NCBI GenBank assembly: GCA_017559355.1
Contig: JAFYSL010000024.1
Location: 507 to 64,506, forward strand
Reading direction: 5' to 3'
DNA from: Muribaculaceae bacterium
GTDB taxonomy: Bacteria > Bacteroidota > Bacteroidia > Bacteroidales > Muribaculaceae
Length of the DNA: 64,000 nucleotides
This document shows, in pieces, positions 1 to 9,026 of this stretch. Within the stretch, counting starts at the first letter, position 1; the number at the start of each line of letters is the position of its first letter. The position numbers were made by a program, and so were the translations under genes. The notes below the pieces were generated by a model. It was given only the letters and a program-made list of their open reading frames with translations. It did no database searches and was not told the origin of the DNA.

Positions 1-342
1 CATAACCTCTGACCACACTGCCAAGTCCTTGCGGGTATATCCCACGATTGTGGGGTTGCCAGTTGTGCCCGACGAAGCATGCACACGCACAATCTCTGAA
101 GGGGGTGCTGCTTGCAAGCCATAAGGATAGTTGTCGCGAAGGTCTTGCTTTGTGGTGAAAGGCAATTTCACTATATCATCGATGGTTTTAATATCCTCGG
201 GAGAGAGGTCCATCGCTTGCATTTTATTACGATAGAATGGCACATTGTGATACACATACGTTACCAATTTTTGAAGTCGGCGACTTTGCAACGCATGCAT
301 CTCGTCGCGACTCATACACTCTTTATTAGGATTCCAAATCAT
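1..342 (-). CDS. phenylacetate-CoA ligase family protein (PaaK-like), N-terminal part only; gene runs off the left edge
   Basis: Not in the ORF track because there is no stop in the window. Hand translation from ATG at 342..340 gives MIWNPNKECMSRDEMHALQSRRLQKLVTYVYHNVPFYRNKM...RVHASSGTTGNPTIVGYT. The SSGTTG adenylate-forming P-loop is present. It lies downstream of iorAB, a common Bacteroidales arrangement. Confidence 0.7.
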   Translation of the reverse strand, partial: MIWNPNKECMSRDEMHALQSRRLQKLVTYVYHNVPFYRNKMQAMDLSPEDIKTIDDIVKLPFTTKQDLRDNYPYGLQAAPPSEIVRVHASSGTTGNPTIVGYTRKDLAVWSEVM

Positions 343-371
343 GGTATATTTAGTTGTATTATGTTAGTCAA

Positions 372-1685
372 TTAGTTTAATGGGTGATCCTCTTTGAAGG
401 CTTTCATACGTTCGTCCATTACATCATAAAGGTCATCGCGCATGCGAGAGGTACAAGCACGCACACCTTGTTGGTCGCTACCTGTTGTAGAGAGCGAAAT
501 ACTGCTCACTCCATAGTAAAGCAACTCTTTCAAGAGGTCGCCACCACTCATGTCGCCATAACCAATAGTGAAGAAGAAACCGTCGCCCACTTGTTGTGTA
601 ACATCGTGGTCGTAGATGATATGGAAGCCGTTGTCGGTAAAGATTTTTTTCATCTTTTCGGCACGGCGAGCATATTCGCGAGTATCTTCAACGAAATTGA
701 TTTTGCCATCGCTTGAAAGGCGTAACATTTCGGCATAGGCATATTGAGTTGAGGCTGTGCAGCCCGATGTAATCATATATAGGATTGAGGCAATGAGTGT
801 TTGACCAAACACGCCTGCATCTTTATAACGCTCTGCCAATGCTGGGAATTGGCGGTCGAAAAGTTTATCGCTAATGCAAGTCAAAGCCATGCGTTGACCA
901 GCATAACTAAATATCTTTGACGATGAGAGCATGAGAATGTAATTGTCGGTATAATGCGCCACAGTGGGTGGATATGGAGGCTCGAAAGGATGTCCCATAT
1001 CGCTACGGAAGTCCATGCAGAAATAAGCCAAGTCTTCCATCACAATTACATCATATTTTGTGGCAAGTTCGCCGATAATTTTCAATTCAGAGTCTTCAAG
1101 ACAAATCCAAGCTGGGTTGTTGGGGTTGGAGTAAACAATCGCAGCAATATCGCCACTGCTCAACATACTTTCCAATTTATCTCGCAATGCCTCGCCACGA
1201 TAGTTGTAGATGTCAAACTCTACCCAGTCGGCCCCAATGATGCGCAATTGCGATTTTTGGATAGGGAATCCTGGGTCGATAAACAACACCTTGTTTTTGC
1301 CCGGAGTGCGTTGTGTACAAGCGATAAATGAGCCGTAAGACCCTGCTACACTTCCCACCGTGGGGACACATGCGCGTGCCGAGATATCTACATTGAGAAA
1401 TGCTTTGACAAAGCGTGATGCCTCATATTTCAACTCGGGCACACCTGCTGCTGCGGGATATTGCGAGCCTACACCTCGGTCGAGCGCAGCTTTTTCGGCT
1501 TCAACACCAAGCTGATTTACTGGCAAGCCTGGCGAACCTTGGTCCATGCGAATAAATGGTATGCCAGTCTCTTTTTCGAGATATTGAGCCACGAGTAGCA
1601 CCTCGCCAATGGTTGCTTTTGAAAGGTCGGCAATGTGAAGTTCTTTCACAGCCTTTTCAACCAACTCTTCACTGAAAATTTTCAT
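372..1685 (-). CDS. PLP-dependent aminotransferase (class I/II fold)
   Basis: 437-aa ORF with an SSSKIFSYAGQR motif (PLP-lysine S-x-S-K...G-x-R pattern) and NPNNP before it. Same strand as iorAB, 12 nt downstream of it. Confidence 0.8.
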   Translation of the reverse strand: MKIFSEELVEKAVKELHIADLSKATIGEVLLVAQYLEKETGIPFIRMDQGSPGLPVNQLGVEAEKAALDRGVGSQYPAAAGVPELKYEASRFVKAFLNVDISARACVPTVGSVAGSYGSFIACTQRTPGKNKVLFIDPGFPIQKSQLRIIGADWVEFDIYNYRGEALRDKLESMLSSGDIAAIVYSNPNNPAWICLEDSELKIIGELATKYDVIVMEDLAYFCMDFRSDMGHPFEPPYPPTVAHYTDNYILMLSSSKIFSYAGQRMALTCISDKLFDRQFPALAERYKDAGVFGQTLIASILYMITSGCTASTQYAYAEMLRLSSDGKINFVEDTREYARRAEKMKKIFTDNGFHIIYDHDVTQQVGDGFFFTIGYGDMSGGDLLKELLYYGVSSISLSTTGSDQQGVRACTSRMRDDLYDVMDERMKAFKEDHPLN

Positions 1686-1697
1686 CGTAGTATAGGT

Positions 1698-2273
1698 TTA
1701 TTTCACGGCATTCAACCCCAAGTCAAATGCTTGTTGGTTCATTTCCACAATTTTCTCCCCCTTTGATGCAAATACTCGCGCAATACTGTTGCGAAGTTGT
1801 TCGGGAGTGAGAATTTCGATATATCGAGCCGCCATGCCAAGCAAAATCACATTGGCACTTTTAGGCATATTGTTCTCTTTTGCCACATCTTCAATGGGGA
1901 GGGCTGCCACGTGGGGCAATGCATTGAGCTCTTGCATCAATGTAGCCTCATCGGGATAGTTAGGGATATTCTTGAATGGGTGTGACGATGTTGCTACCCA
2001 ACCTTCTTTGTTGAGGTAGGTCACATAGCGCAACGCTTCCATTGGTTCCATTGAGATAATGAGGTCGGCTTCGCCCTCTTTGATGAGGTCGGAGTAAATC
2101 TCGTCGGTTGAAAGACGGAGGTTAGATTGCACATCACCGCCACGTTGGCTCATGCCATGCACCTCGGCTTGTTTCAAACTCAAACCTGCCACTGCGGCAG
2201 CATCGCCTATGATTGTTGCAATGGTGAGGATTCCTTGTCCCCCTACGCCTGCTAATATGATATCTTTTTTCAT
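1698..2273 (-). CDS. iorB: indolepyruvate ferredoxin oxidoreductase subunit beta
   Basis: MKKDIILAGVGGQGIL N-terminus typical of the 2-oxoacid:ferredoxin oxidoreductase gamma/IorB family. I chose the ATG at 2273 (the ORF track extends to 2321), which sits 2 nt after the iorA stop. Confidence 0.85.
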   Translation of the reverse strand: MKKDIILAGVGGQGILTIATIIGDAAAVAGLSLKQAEVHGMSQRGGDVQSNLRLSTDEIYSDLIKEGEADLIISMEPMEALRYVTYLNKEGWVATSSHPFKNIPNYPDEATLMQELNALPHVAALPIEDVAKENNMPKSANVILLGMAARYIEILTPEQLRNSIARVFASKGEKIVEMNQQAFDLGLNAVK

Positions 2274-2275
2274 TG

Positions 2276-3865
2276 TTAAGCCTTTTTTTGACGGAGTTTG
2301 CGACTGAGTGTTTGGATACATTCACGACGAGGAATGATTACCGACACACCTTTATATTCTATCTCTTCACGAATGATGCGTGTGATTTCTTCCATATTTT
2401 TGGGTAATGGAACTACGACCTTCACGTGGTCGGGATCAACGCCAAGACCAAGGCAAATTGCTTCAAATTTGTTTGTTCCTGCTGAGTCTTGACCACCAGT
2501 CATAGCAGTAGTGAGGTTGTCAGAAATCACAACTGTGATATTTGCGTTATCGTTGATAGCATCGAGAAGACCTGTCATGCCCGAATGGGTAAATGTAGAG
2601 TCACCGATAATTGCAATCGCTGGGTGAACACCTGCGTCGGCAGCACCTTTAGCCATTGTGATTGATGCACCCATATCAACGCAACTATTGATTGCACGGA
2701 ATGGAGGTAATGCTCCGAGTGTGTAGCAACCTATGTCGCCAAAGATGCGAGCGTCGGCATATTCGGCAGCCACCTTGTTGAGTGCGTCATACACATCGCG
2801 GTGTCCGCAACCTTGACACAATGCTGGTGGGCGTGGCATCACATTTTGTGGAGCACCAAATGCTTGTGATACTGTTACACCAAGTGCAGCACCCACGCAG
2901 TCGGGAGTCAACTCGCCTGTGCGAGGGAGGTCGCCAGTTAATCGTCCCTTTAATTGAGAATCAGCGCCAAGAATAGCTTTCACTTGTTCCTCAACCAATG
3001 GTTGGCCATCTTCGACTACAAGAATAGCTTCACACTCTTGTGCCAATGCTTTGATTGATTCTTCGGGGATAGGATATTGCGAAACCTTCAACACCTTTAT
3101 GCCAAGTTGTTGAGGATTGTTTTCCATTACATAGTTGTAAGCGATACCACATGCCACAACACCGAGTTTTGCTTTACCTTCGGTAGCCACTTTTTTGTTA
3201 AATGGCGATGCTTCGGCACTAGCCAATAGTTGTGGTTGCTTTTCGACCAACGCTGCATATTGGCGACGAGCATTACCTGGCAACAACATCCAGTGAGAGC
3301 GTTCGTTGTCGGGGTTGAGTGCTTTTTGTGCCACTGCCTCTTTCACCTCTACACCTGCACGCGAGTGAGCCAAACGAGTCACCACACGCATCAACACAGG
3401 TAGACGCAACTGCTCCGAAAGTTCGTAGGCATATCGCATCATCTCGTAAGCCTCTTGTTGGTTTGAGGGCTCGAGAATAGGAATCATAGTGAATTTGCCA
3501 TAGAAACGAGAGTCTTGCTCGTTTTGTGACGAGTGCATTGAGGGGTCGTCGGCTGCAAGCACTACCAATCCGCCATTCACACCAGTGATGCCCGAATTGA
3601 CAAATGCATCGGCTGCAACGTTCATACCTACGTGTTTCATACACACAAGTGCACGTTTGCCGGCATACGACATTCCTAACGCTGCCTCCATGGCAGTTTT
3701 TTCATTAGTACACCAACGGCTACGCACCTTGGGCGCGTTAGCTTGGATATATTCGGTAATTTCGGTCGATGGAGTACCAGGGTAAGCATACACGCCACTG
3801 ATACCTGCATGCACAGCACCTAATGCTATCGCTTCATCGCCCAATAAAAGTTTACGTTCAATCAT
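2276..3865 (-). CDS. iorA: indolepyruvate ferredoxin oxidoreductase subunit alpha
   Basis: 529 aa. N-terminal LLGDEAIALGAVHAGISGVYAYPGTPSTEI and a TPP-binding region GDIGCYTLG...IGDSTFTHSG. Confidence 0.9.
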   Translation of the reverse strand: MIERKLLLGDEAIALGAVHAGISGVYAYPGTPSTEITEYIQANAPKVRSRWCTNEKTAMEAALGMSYAGKRALVCMKHVGMNVAADAFVNSGITGVNGGLVVLAADDPSMHSSQNEQDSRFYGKFTMIPILEPSNQQEAYEMMRYAYELSEQLRLPVLMRVVTRLAHSRAGVEVKEAVAQKALNPDNERSHWMLLPGNARRQYAALVEKQPQLLASAEASPFNKKVATEGKAKLGVVACGIAYNYVMENNPQQLGIKVLKVSQYPIPEESIKALAQECEAILVVEDGQPLVEEQVKAILGADSQLKGRLTGDLPRTGELTPDCVGAALGVTVSQAFGAPQNVMPRPPALCQGCGHRDVYDALNKVAAEYADARIFGDIGCYTLGALPPFRAINSCVDMGASITMAKGAADAGVHPAIAIIGDSTFTHSGMTGLLDAINDNANITVVISDNLTTAMTGGQDSAGTNKFEAICLGLGVDPDHVKVVVPLPKNMEEITRIIREEIEYKGVSVIIPRRECIQTLSRKLRQKKA

Positions 3866-3894
3866 TGTTTTATGTTGTTATTAGTTATTATCAA

Positions 3895-4644
3895 TTAAAT
3901 GTCAGCATCGTTGAGTGCTGGGAATTTTTCACGGAAAGCCTCTAACATTGGCATATCAACCTCGGCCGATGCCTCACACTCCACGTTCATCTCACACAAA
4001 GCGATTGTTTTGCCATAAGGGTCGATAATCACACTGCCACCACAATATTCGCATGTGGGGTCGGTACCAACACGGTTCACACCTGCCACATAGCATTGGT
4101 TTTCGATAGCACGAGCCACCAACAATGCGCTCCATGCACTCACACGAGGAGTTGGCCAACTTGCTACATAGAGAATCATATCGTAGTCGCCACGGTTGCG
4201 TGACCAGATTGGGAAACGTAGGTCGTAGCACACTTCAAGCAAAATTCTTACCCCTTTCCATTCAACAATCACACGGCGGTCGCCTGCGGTAAAGCGTTTA
4301 TGTTCGCCTCCGTATGTGAAAAGGTGTTTTTTGTCGTAAAATTCTACCGAGCCGTCGGGCTTTACGAAATAGAATCGATTGTAGAATTTACCCTCTTGCT
4401 CTACGGCAACACTACCTGCTATTGCAGCACCAGTTGCAGTAGCCTTTTGTTTCATCCATTTGAGGGTGTCGCTATCGGCATTTTCTGCAATACCTTCGGG
4501 GTGAGTACAGAAACCGGTAGAGAACATTTCGGGCAATACATATAGGTCGGCACCCGCATTGCGGTCGATAGCCTCATCGGCACGAGCCACATTTAATCGA
4601 GCGTCAGCCCACATAATATCGCGTTGTAATATCGTTATTTTCAT
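3895..4644 (-). CDS. carbon-nitrogen hydrolase family amidohydrolase (omega-amidase/YafV-like)
   Basis: 249 aa. E-K-C triad context: LYVLPEMFSTGF, HLFTYGGE and LLEVCYDLRFP. Confidence 0.8.
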   Translation of the reverse strand: MKITILQRDIMWADARLNVARADEAIDRNAGADLYVLPEMFSTGFCTHPEGIAENADSDTLKWMKQKATATGAAIAGSVAVEQEGKFYNRFYFVKPDGSVEFYDKKHLFTYGGEHKRFTAGDRRVIVEWKGVRILLEVCYDLRFPIWSRNRGDYDMILYVASWPTPRVSAWSALLVARAIENQCYVAGVNRVGTDPTCEYCGGSVIIDPYGKTIALCEMNVECEASAEVDMPMLEAFREKFPALNDADI

Positions 4645-4664
4645 AATATATATTGTTTAGATTG

Positions 4665-4672
4665 CAAATATA
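4665..4672 (-). promoter_or_regulatory. -7 promoter box for the C-N hydrolase gene
   Basis: The minus strand reads TATATTTG, about 21 nt upstream of the ATG at 4644. Confidence 0.4.
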
Positions 4673-4840
4673 AAGATTTTTACAATATTCTGCTAACTTT
4701 TTGACAATAAAATTGCAAAAATTATCACAAAATGAAAGAAATATTATTATTTTAATGGGAAATTTCTCTAAATATCCCTATTTTGTGATTAAAAATTACA
4801 GAAATTAGCAATATCAATTGTGAGTTTTGTGGCAAATTTC

Positions 4841-4848
4841 TATATTTG
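4841..4848 (+). promoter_or_regulatory. Bacteroidetes -7 promoter box (TAnnTTTG) for glnA
   Basis: TATATTTG, 46 nt upstream of the ATG. Confidence 0.45.
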
Positions 4849-4893
4849 CAAATTGAAATCACATCTGAAAATTTATAACTAACATAATATATC

Positions 4894-6396
4894 ATGGATA
4901 AAGAACTTGCATTAAACCCTAACAAGGTTGTGGCTTATCTTGGTAAACCTGCAAAGGAATTTACTAAAGCCGACATTATTCGCTTTATCAGCGAAAACGA
5001 AATTCGCATGGTCAACTTTATGTATCCTGCTGGCGATGGTCGTTTGAAAACTTTGAATTTTGTAATCAACAATTTGGCTTACCTTGATGCAATCCTCACT
5101 TGTGGTGAACGTGTTGACGGTTCAAGCCTTTTCCCATTTATCGAAGCAGGAAGTAGCGACCTTTATGTGTTGCCACGTTTCTCTACTGCTTTCCTCGATC
5201 CATTTGCTGAAATCCCAACTCTTTCAATGCTCTGCTCTTACTTCAATAAAGATGGCGAACCTCTTGAAAGCTCTCCCGAAAATACTCTTCACAAAGCGTG
5301 CAAAGCGTTTAACGAGGTTACAGGCATGGAATTCCAAGCAATGGGCGAATTGGAATATTATGTTATCGCTCCCGATGATGAAATGTTCCCTGCAACCGAC
5401 CAAAAAGGTTATCACGAATCGGCTCCATACGCAAAATTCAACGAGTTCCGCACTCAATGTATGGCTTACATCGCACAAGCAGGCGGTCAAATCAAGTATG
5501 GTCACTCTGAAGTGGGTAACTTCACTATCGATGGCATGATTTATGAGCAAAACGAAATCGAATTCTTGCCTGTAAACGCCAAAGATGCTGCTGACCAACT
5601 TATGGTAGCTAAATGGATTATCCGCAACCTCGCATATCAATTGGGTTATGACATCACTTTCGCTCCAAAAATCACTGTGGGCAAGGCCGGTTCAGGTCTC
5701 CACGTTCACATGCGCATCGTGAAAGATGGTCAAAACCAAATGCTCGACGGTGGAGTGCTTTCAGCAACTGCTCGCAAAGCTATTGCTGGTATGATGGAAC
5801 TCGCTCCTTCAATCACTGCATTCGGTAACACTAACCCAACTTCTTACTTCCGTCTTGTGCCTCATCAAGAAGCTCCTACAAACGTATGTTGGGGCGACCG
5901 CAACCGTTCGGTATTGGTACGTGTGCCACTCGGTTGGGCTGCAAAATCAGATATGTGTCAACTTGCTAACCCTCTTGAAGCACCAAGCAACTACGACACA
6001 ACTCAAAAACAAACAGTTGAAATGCGCTCGCCAGACGGTTCTGCCGACATCTACCAACTTATCGCAGGTCTTGCTGTAGCTTGTCGTCATGGTTTCGAAC
6101 TCGAAAATGCATTGGAAATTGCCGAAAAGACATATGTGAACGTGAACATTCACAAGGAAGAAAATGCCGACAAACTCAGCACATTGGATCAACTTCCCGA
6201 CAGCTGTGCTGCTTCGGCCGACTGCCTTGAACGTCAACGCGAAGTATTTGAAAAATACAACGTATTTAGCCCAGCGATGATTAACGGCATTATCAACAAA
6301 CTTCGTTCTTACAACGACCTCACTCTTCGCAAAGATATCGAAGGCAACAACGAAGAAATGCTCAACATCGTAAAACGCTACTTCCACTGCGGATAA
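4894..6396 (+). CDS. glnA: glutamine synthetase (about 500-aa type)
   Basis: 500 aa. Beta-grasp N-terminus and catalytic-domain motifs (GSGLHVHM, NPTSYFRLVPHQEAP). Confidence 0.9.
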   Translation: MDKELALNPNKVVAYLGKPAKEFTKADIIRFISENEIRMVNFMYPAGDGRLKTLNFVINNLAYLDAILTCGERVDGSSLFPFIEAGSSDLYVLPRFSTAFLDPFAEIPTLSMLCSYFNKDGEPLESSPENTLHKACKAFNEVTGMEFQAMGELEYYVIAPDDEMFPATDQKGYHESAPYAKFNEFRTQCMAYIAQAGGQIKYGHSEVGNFTIDGMIYEQNEIEFLPVNAKDAADQLMVAKWIIRNLAYQLGYDITFAPKITVGKAGSGLHVHMRIVKDGQNQMLDGGVLSATARKAIAGMMELAPSITAFGNTNPTSYFRLVPHQEAPTNVCWGDRNRSVLVRVPLGWAAKSDMCQLANPLEAPSNYDTTQKQTVEMRSPDGSADIYQLIAGLAVACRHGFELENALEIAEKTYVNVNIHKEENADKLSTLDQLPDSCAASADCLERQREVFEKYNVFSPAMINGIINKLRSYNDLTLRKDIEGNNEEMLNIVKRYFHCG

Positions 6397-6421
6397 TCGA
6401 CATCTCACAACCCTATACAAC

Positions 6422-6447
6422 AAGGGAGCCCCAATCGAGGCTCCCTT
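6422..6447. terminator. bidirectional intrinsic terminator between convergent glnA and the barrel gene
   Basis: AAGGGAGCC-8 nt-GGCTCCCTT, a perfect 9-bp GC-rich stem. T-run on the + side (GATATTTTTT). Confidence 0.7.
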
Positions 6448-6466
6448 TGATATTTTTTAATTTTCT

Positions 6467-8806
6467 TCAAAACTCCAACTTATTTTTTGATTCAGTACCG
6501 GTGTCGACTCCTTCGTTTTTCAACCCTTGTTTTGCTTTCTTGAATGTTTTGCCAAAATTCACACGATAGGTAACACCGATTACCACCATATTTGCACCAT
6601 CTTTTAAACAAAACTCATTATTTACCGGGTGTATTGTTGACAATTCCTTTGTTTTATACATTACTCCTTTATTACTAAATGGATTATAAATCCCTGCAGT
6701 AAACCAAAAATCTTTCCATTTATATTGCGCCATAATCACATTACACATTTCAGGTGTTTTCAGTGTATTCCCCGATAATGAGTATCGTGGTTTAATATCG
6801 AATTGGCTAGTAAATCGCCAATTCTTTATCGCATATGAAGTTTGAATACTTGCATAGAAATTATCAACTGGTTCAATATCTCCAAATCCTGAAAATGTGT
6901 ATCTATCCCAACCTACAACACCATATATCATAAAGTTTTTGAAGCCAGTATAGCTCAAATGCAATTCGGCATTCAGTAGGTCATCATGATTAGCATTTTG
7001 GCTCTGCATCATAAACATATTGTAATACTGGTTTGATGCTTCTGAAATATATGTATATCGGCTATAAACAGGGTCTAAGTTACGAGAATGAGCCAACCAC
7101 AAACTTGCATTCACCTTTGGCGTAGCATATCTCACATATATACGATTACGGAAATAGGTTGATGGTTTAAGATTGGGATTACCCATTTGATATGAAATAT
7201 CATCAATGCGTTGCACAATCTCGCTTTGAGATGATAATCCTGGCATTGACGGGTCAAGCATAAACAAATAGTTCAAACTCCATTTTGAATCAATTTTGTA
7301 ATTAAGTGTCGCCTTACTATTAAACCAGAATGAATTTTGCTCAACATTTCCATTATCAACATGATAATAACGTCCACCAAGTCCAGCACTATAAGTAAAA
7401 TTCTTTACGCGTCCCGATATTGAACCATACATATAAAGATTATCGTTATTTTGTTTTGAAATCTGAAATTTACCCCCATTCAAGGCATATTGATTCTCTG
7501 CATAATTATGATAATAATTTACTCCATATTTTGTTTCAAAACTACGATATGCTTTTGTATATAAAGCCTCCGTACCAGCACGCCAAGAAGAATTGTCGGC
7601 ACTACTTGACTGAGAATAAATATTTGATATTGAATTATATTCTAAACTGCTATTACTTTCTCCGCCTCGCATATTCCCATAAGCGTTAATTTCTATTTTT
7701 GAGGTTTTATCTATGTGATGACGAAAATACAAATCCAAATTAGGAGAAAATCCTTTATCATTATCTATAAACACTGAACTATATTCAGTAACGCTATTTC
7801 CCAACGTTTGACGCACCGCATTATTTGTAATTCGCTCGCCATTATCGATATTTCCTCTGAATGTTACGGCAAACATTGTTGCCGGACTATACATATAGCT
7901 ATATCCAACGGAGAAACTGTTTGACAAACTCTTTAATATCGATGGTTCAGGCAACTGCTCTTTTATAATAGGTGTTTCTCTGCCAATGAACGACTCCGTT
8001 CCTTTATTATACACTTCATCAAAATCTCGCCAACGATTTCCATAATCAATAGTCCATTCCGATTTGCCATAGTTATAAACGCCTCCTACATTAAAGTTTG
8101 TCAGCCAACCGACTGCCGCCATACCATTTGCCATTACACTACCACCTTTAGCAACAGGTTTTGTGATAAAATTTACCACACCCATCACCGATGTACCATA
8201 TCTGATGTCTGACACATTTGAATATTCTATACGCAAAATATTGTCATTGTTTAGCGACTGAATACGAGAGTAATCCACCTGACGACCATTTATTTGAAAT
8301 ATCACAACTCCGTTTTCAATAGTTACTCTATTTAACGACGAATTCACCTGCAATCCAGGAAGTTTATATTGCATTTGCTCCAACAAGTCAATCGAAGTGC
8401 CCGATTGTTTGATTTCATCTGCCGTGGGGAACACTATATAATTGCAACCATTCTCTATTACATTCTGTGCCACTACAGTGATTTCGCCAAGTATCTCAGG
8501 AGTCTCGTTCAATGTAATCGCCCCTAAATCTACATTTTGATCAACGCTTTCAAATTGCACATTTGAGTTCATATAACCTACCATTGAAATCGCCACTCTC
8601 ATAGATCCTTTATGGTCTGTTGCCAACGAGAATTGACCATTTGCATCTGCCGAAGTATTCCCAATTACTACTAATGAATCTTTATACAAAATCACATTTG
8701 CCCCAGTCATCGGTTCTTTTTCCGAATCAATAACTTTTCCCGTAATTGTGTAAGCCAATAAAAACTGAGGCACCAGCATCAACAAAACAAACATTAACTT
8801 TTTCAT
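6467..8806 (-). CDS. outer-membrane beta-barrel protein with N-terminal carboxypeptidase-regulatory-like domain (TonB-dependent-receptor-like, OMP_b-brl_3 type)
   Basis: Signal peptide MKKLMFVLLMLVPQFLLA. YTITGKVIDS...GANV Cna/CarboxypepD_reg-like start. Long Y/N/S-rich alternating barrel region with a C-terminal F. Same architecture as 42753-45179. Confidence 0.7.
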   Translation of the reverse strand: MKKLMFVLLMLVPQFLLAYTITGKVIDSEKEPMTGANVILYKDSLVVIGNTSADANGQFSLATDHKGSMRVAISMVGYMNSNVQFESVDQNVDLGAITLNETPEILGEITVVAQNVIENGCNYIVFPTADEIKQSGTSIDLLEQMQYKLPGLQVNSSLNRVTIENGVVIFQINGRQVDYSRIQSLNNDNILRIEYSNVSDIRYGTSVMGVVNFITKPVAKGGSVMANGMAAVGWLTNFNVGGVYNYGKSEWTIDYGNRWRDFDEVYNKGTESFIGRETPIIKEQLPEPSILKSLSNSFSVGYSYMYSPATMFAVTFRGNIDNGERITNNAVRQTLGNSVTEYSSVFIDNDKGFSPNLDLYFRHHIDKTSKIEINAYGNMRGGESNSSLEYNSISNIYSQSSSADNSSWRAGTEALYTKAYRSFETKYGVNYYHNYAENQYALNGGKFQISKQNNDNLYMYGSISGRVKNFTYSAGLGGRYYHVDNGNVEQNSFWFNSKATLNYKIDSKWSLNYLFMLDPSMPGLSSQSEIVQRIDDISYQMGNPNLKPSTYFRNRIYVRYATPKVNASLWLAHSRNLDPVYSRYTYISEASNQYYNMFMMQSQNANHDDLLNAELHLSYTGFKNFMIYGVVGWDRYTFSGFGDIEPVDNFYASIQTSYAIKNWRFTSQFDIKPRYSLSGNTLKTPEMCNVIMAQYKWKDFWFTAGIYNPFSNKGVMYKTKELSTIHPVNNEFCLKDGANMVVIGVTYRVNFGKTFKKAKQGLKNEGVDTGTESKNKLEF

Positions 8807-8837
8807 AAATCTTGCATTTTTTGATATTAATTTGATG

Positions 8838-8845
8838 CAAAATTA
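8838..8845 (-). promoter_or_regulatory. -7 promoter box for the barrel gene 6467-8806
   Basis: The minus strand reads TAATTTTG, 32 nt upstream of the ATG. Confidence 0.4.
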
Positions 8846-8930
8846 TCCTCAGATGTTATATAAAATCAAATTTTCAGTTCAACAATCGTCTAACATCCAC
8901 CAGCATTAAGCCAGTGATTCTCAATAAAAT

Positions 8931-8969
8931 AAGAAGCCCGTTAGACGCTATTCCTCTAACAGGCTTCTT
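8931..8969 (-). terminator. intrinsic terminator after the TPR regulator gene
   Basis: AAGAAGCCCGTTAGA / TCTAACAGGCTTCTT, a 15-bp stem with one mismatch. On the minus strand it is followed by ATTTTATT. Confidence 0.6.
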
Positions 8970-9026
8970 AACTATGCTATTTTTCAAACATTTACCTTTT
9001 GGTATTGTTAGATTAATTCAGCTTAA

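Noticed and set aside
4645-4893. Three TTGCAAA motifs in the glnA / C-N hydrolase divergent region as a nitrogen-regulator site.
   Set aside because: It is a short A/T-rich heptamer that overlaps the generic TTTG promoter consensus. There is no spacing pattern or palindrome to support a specific site.
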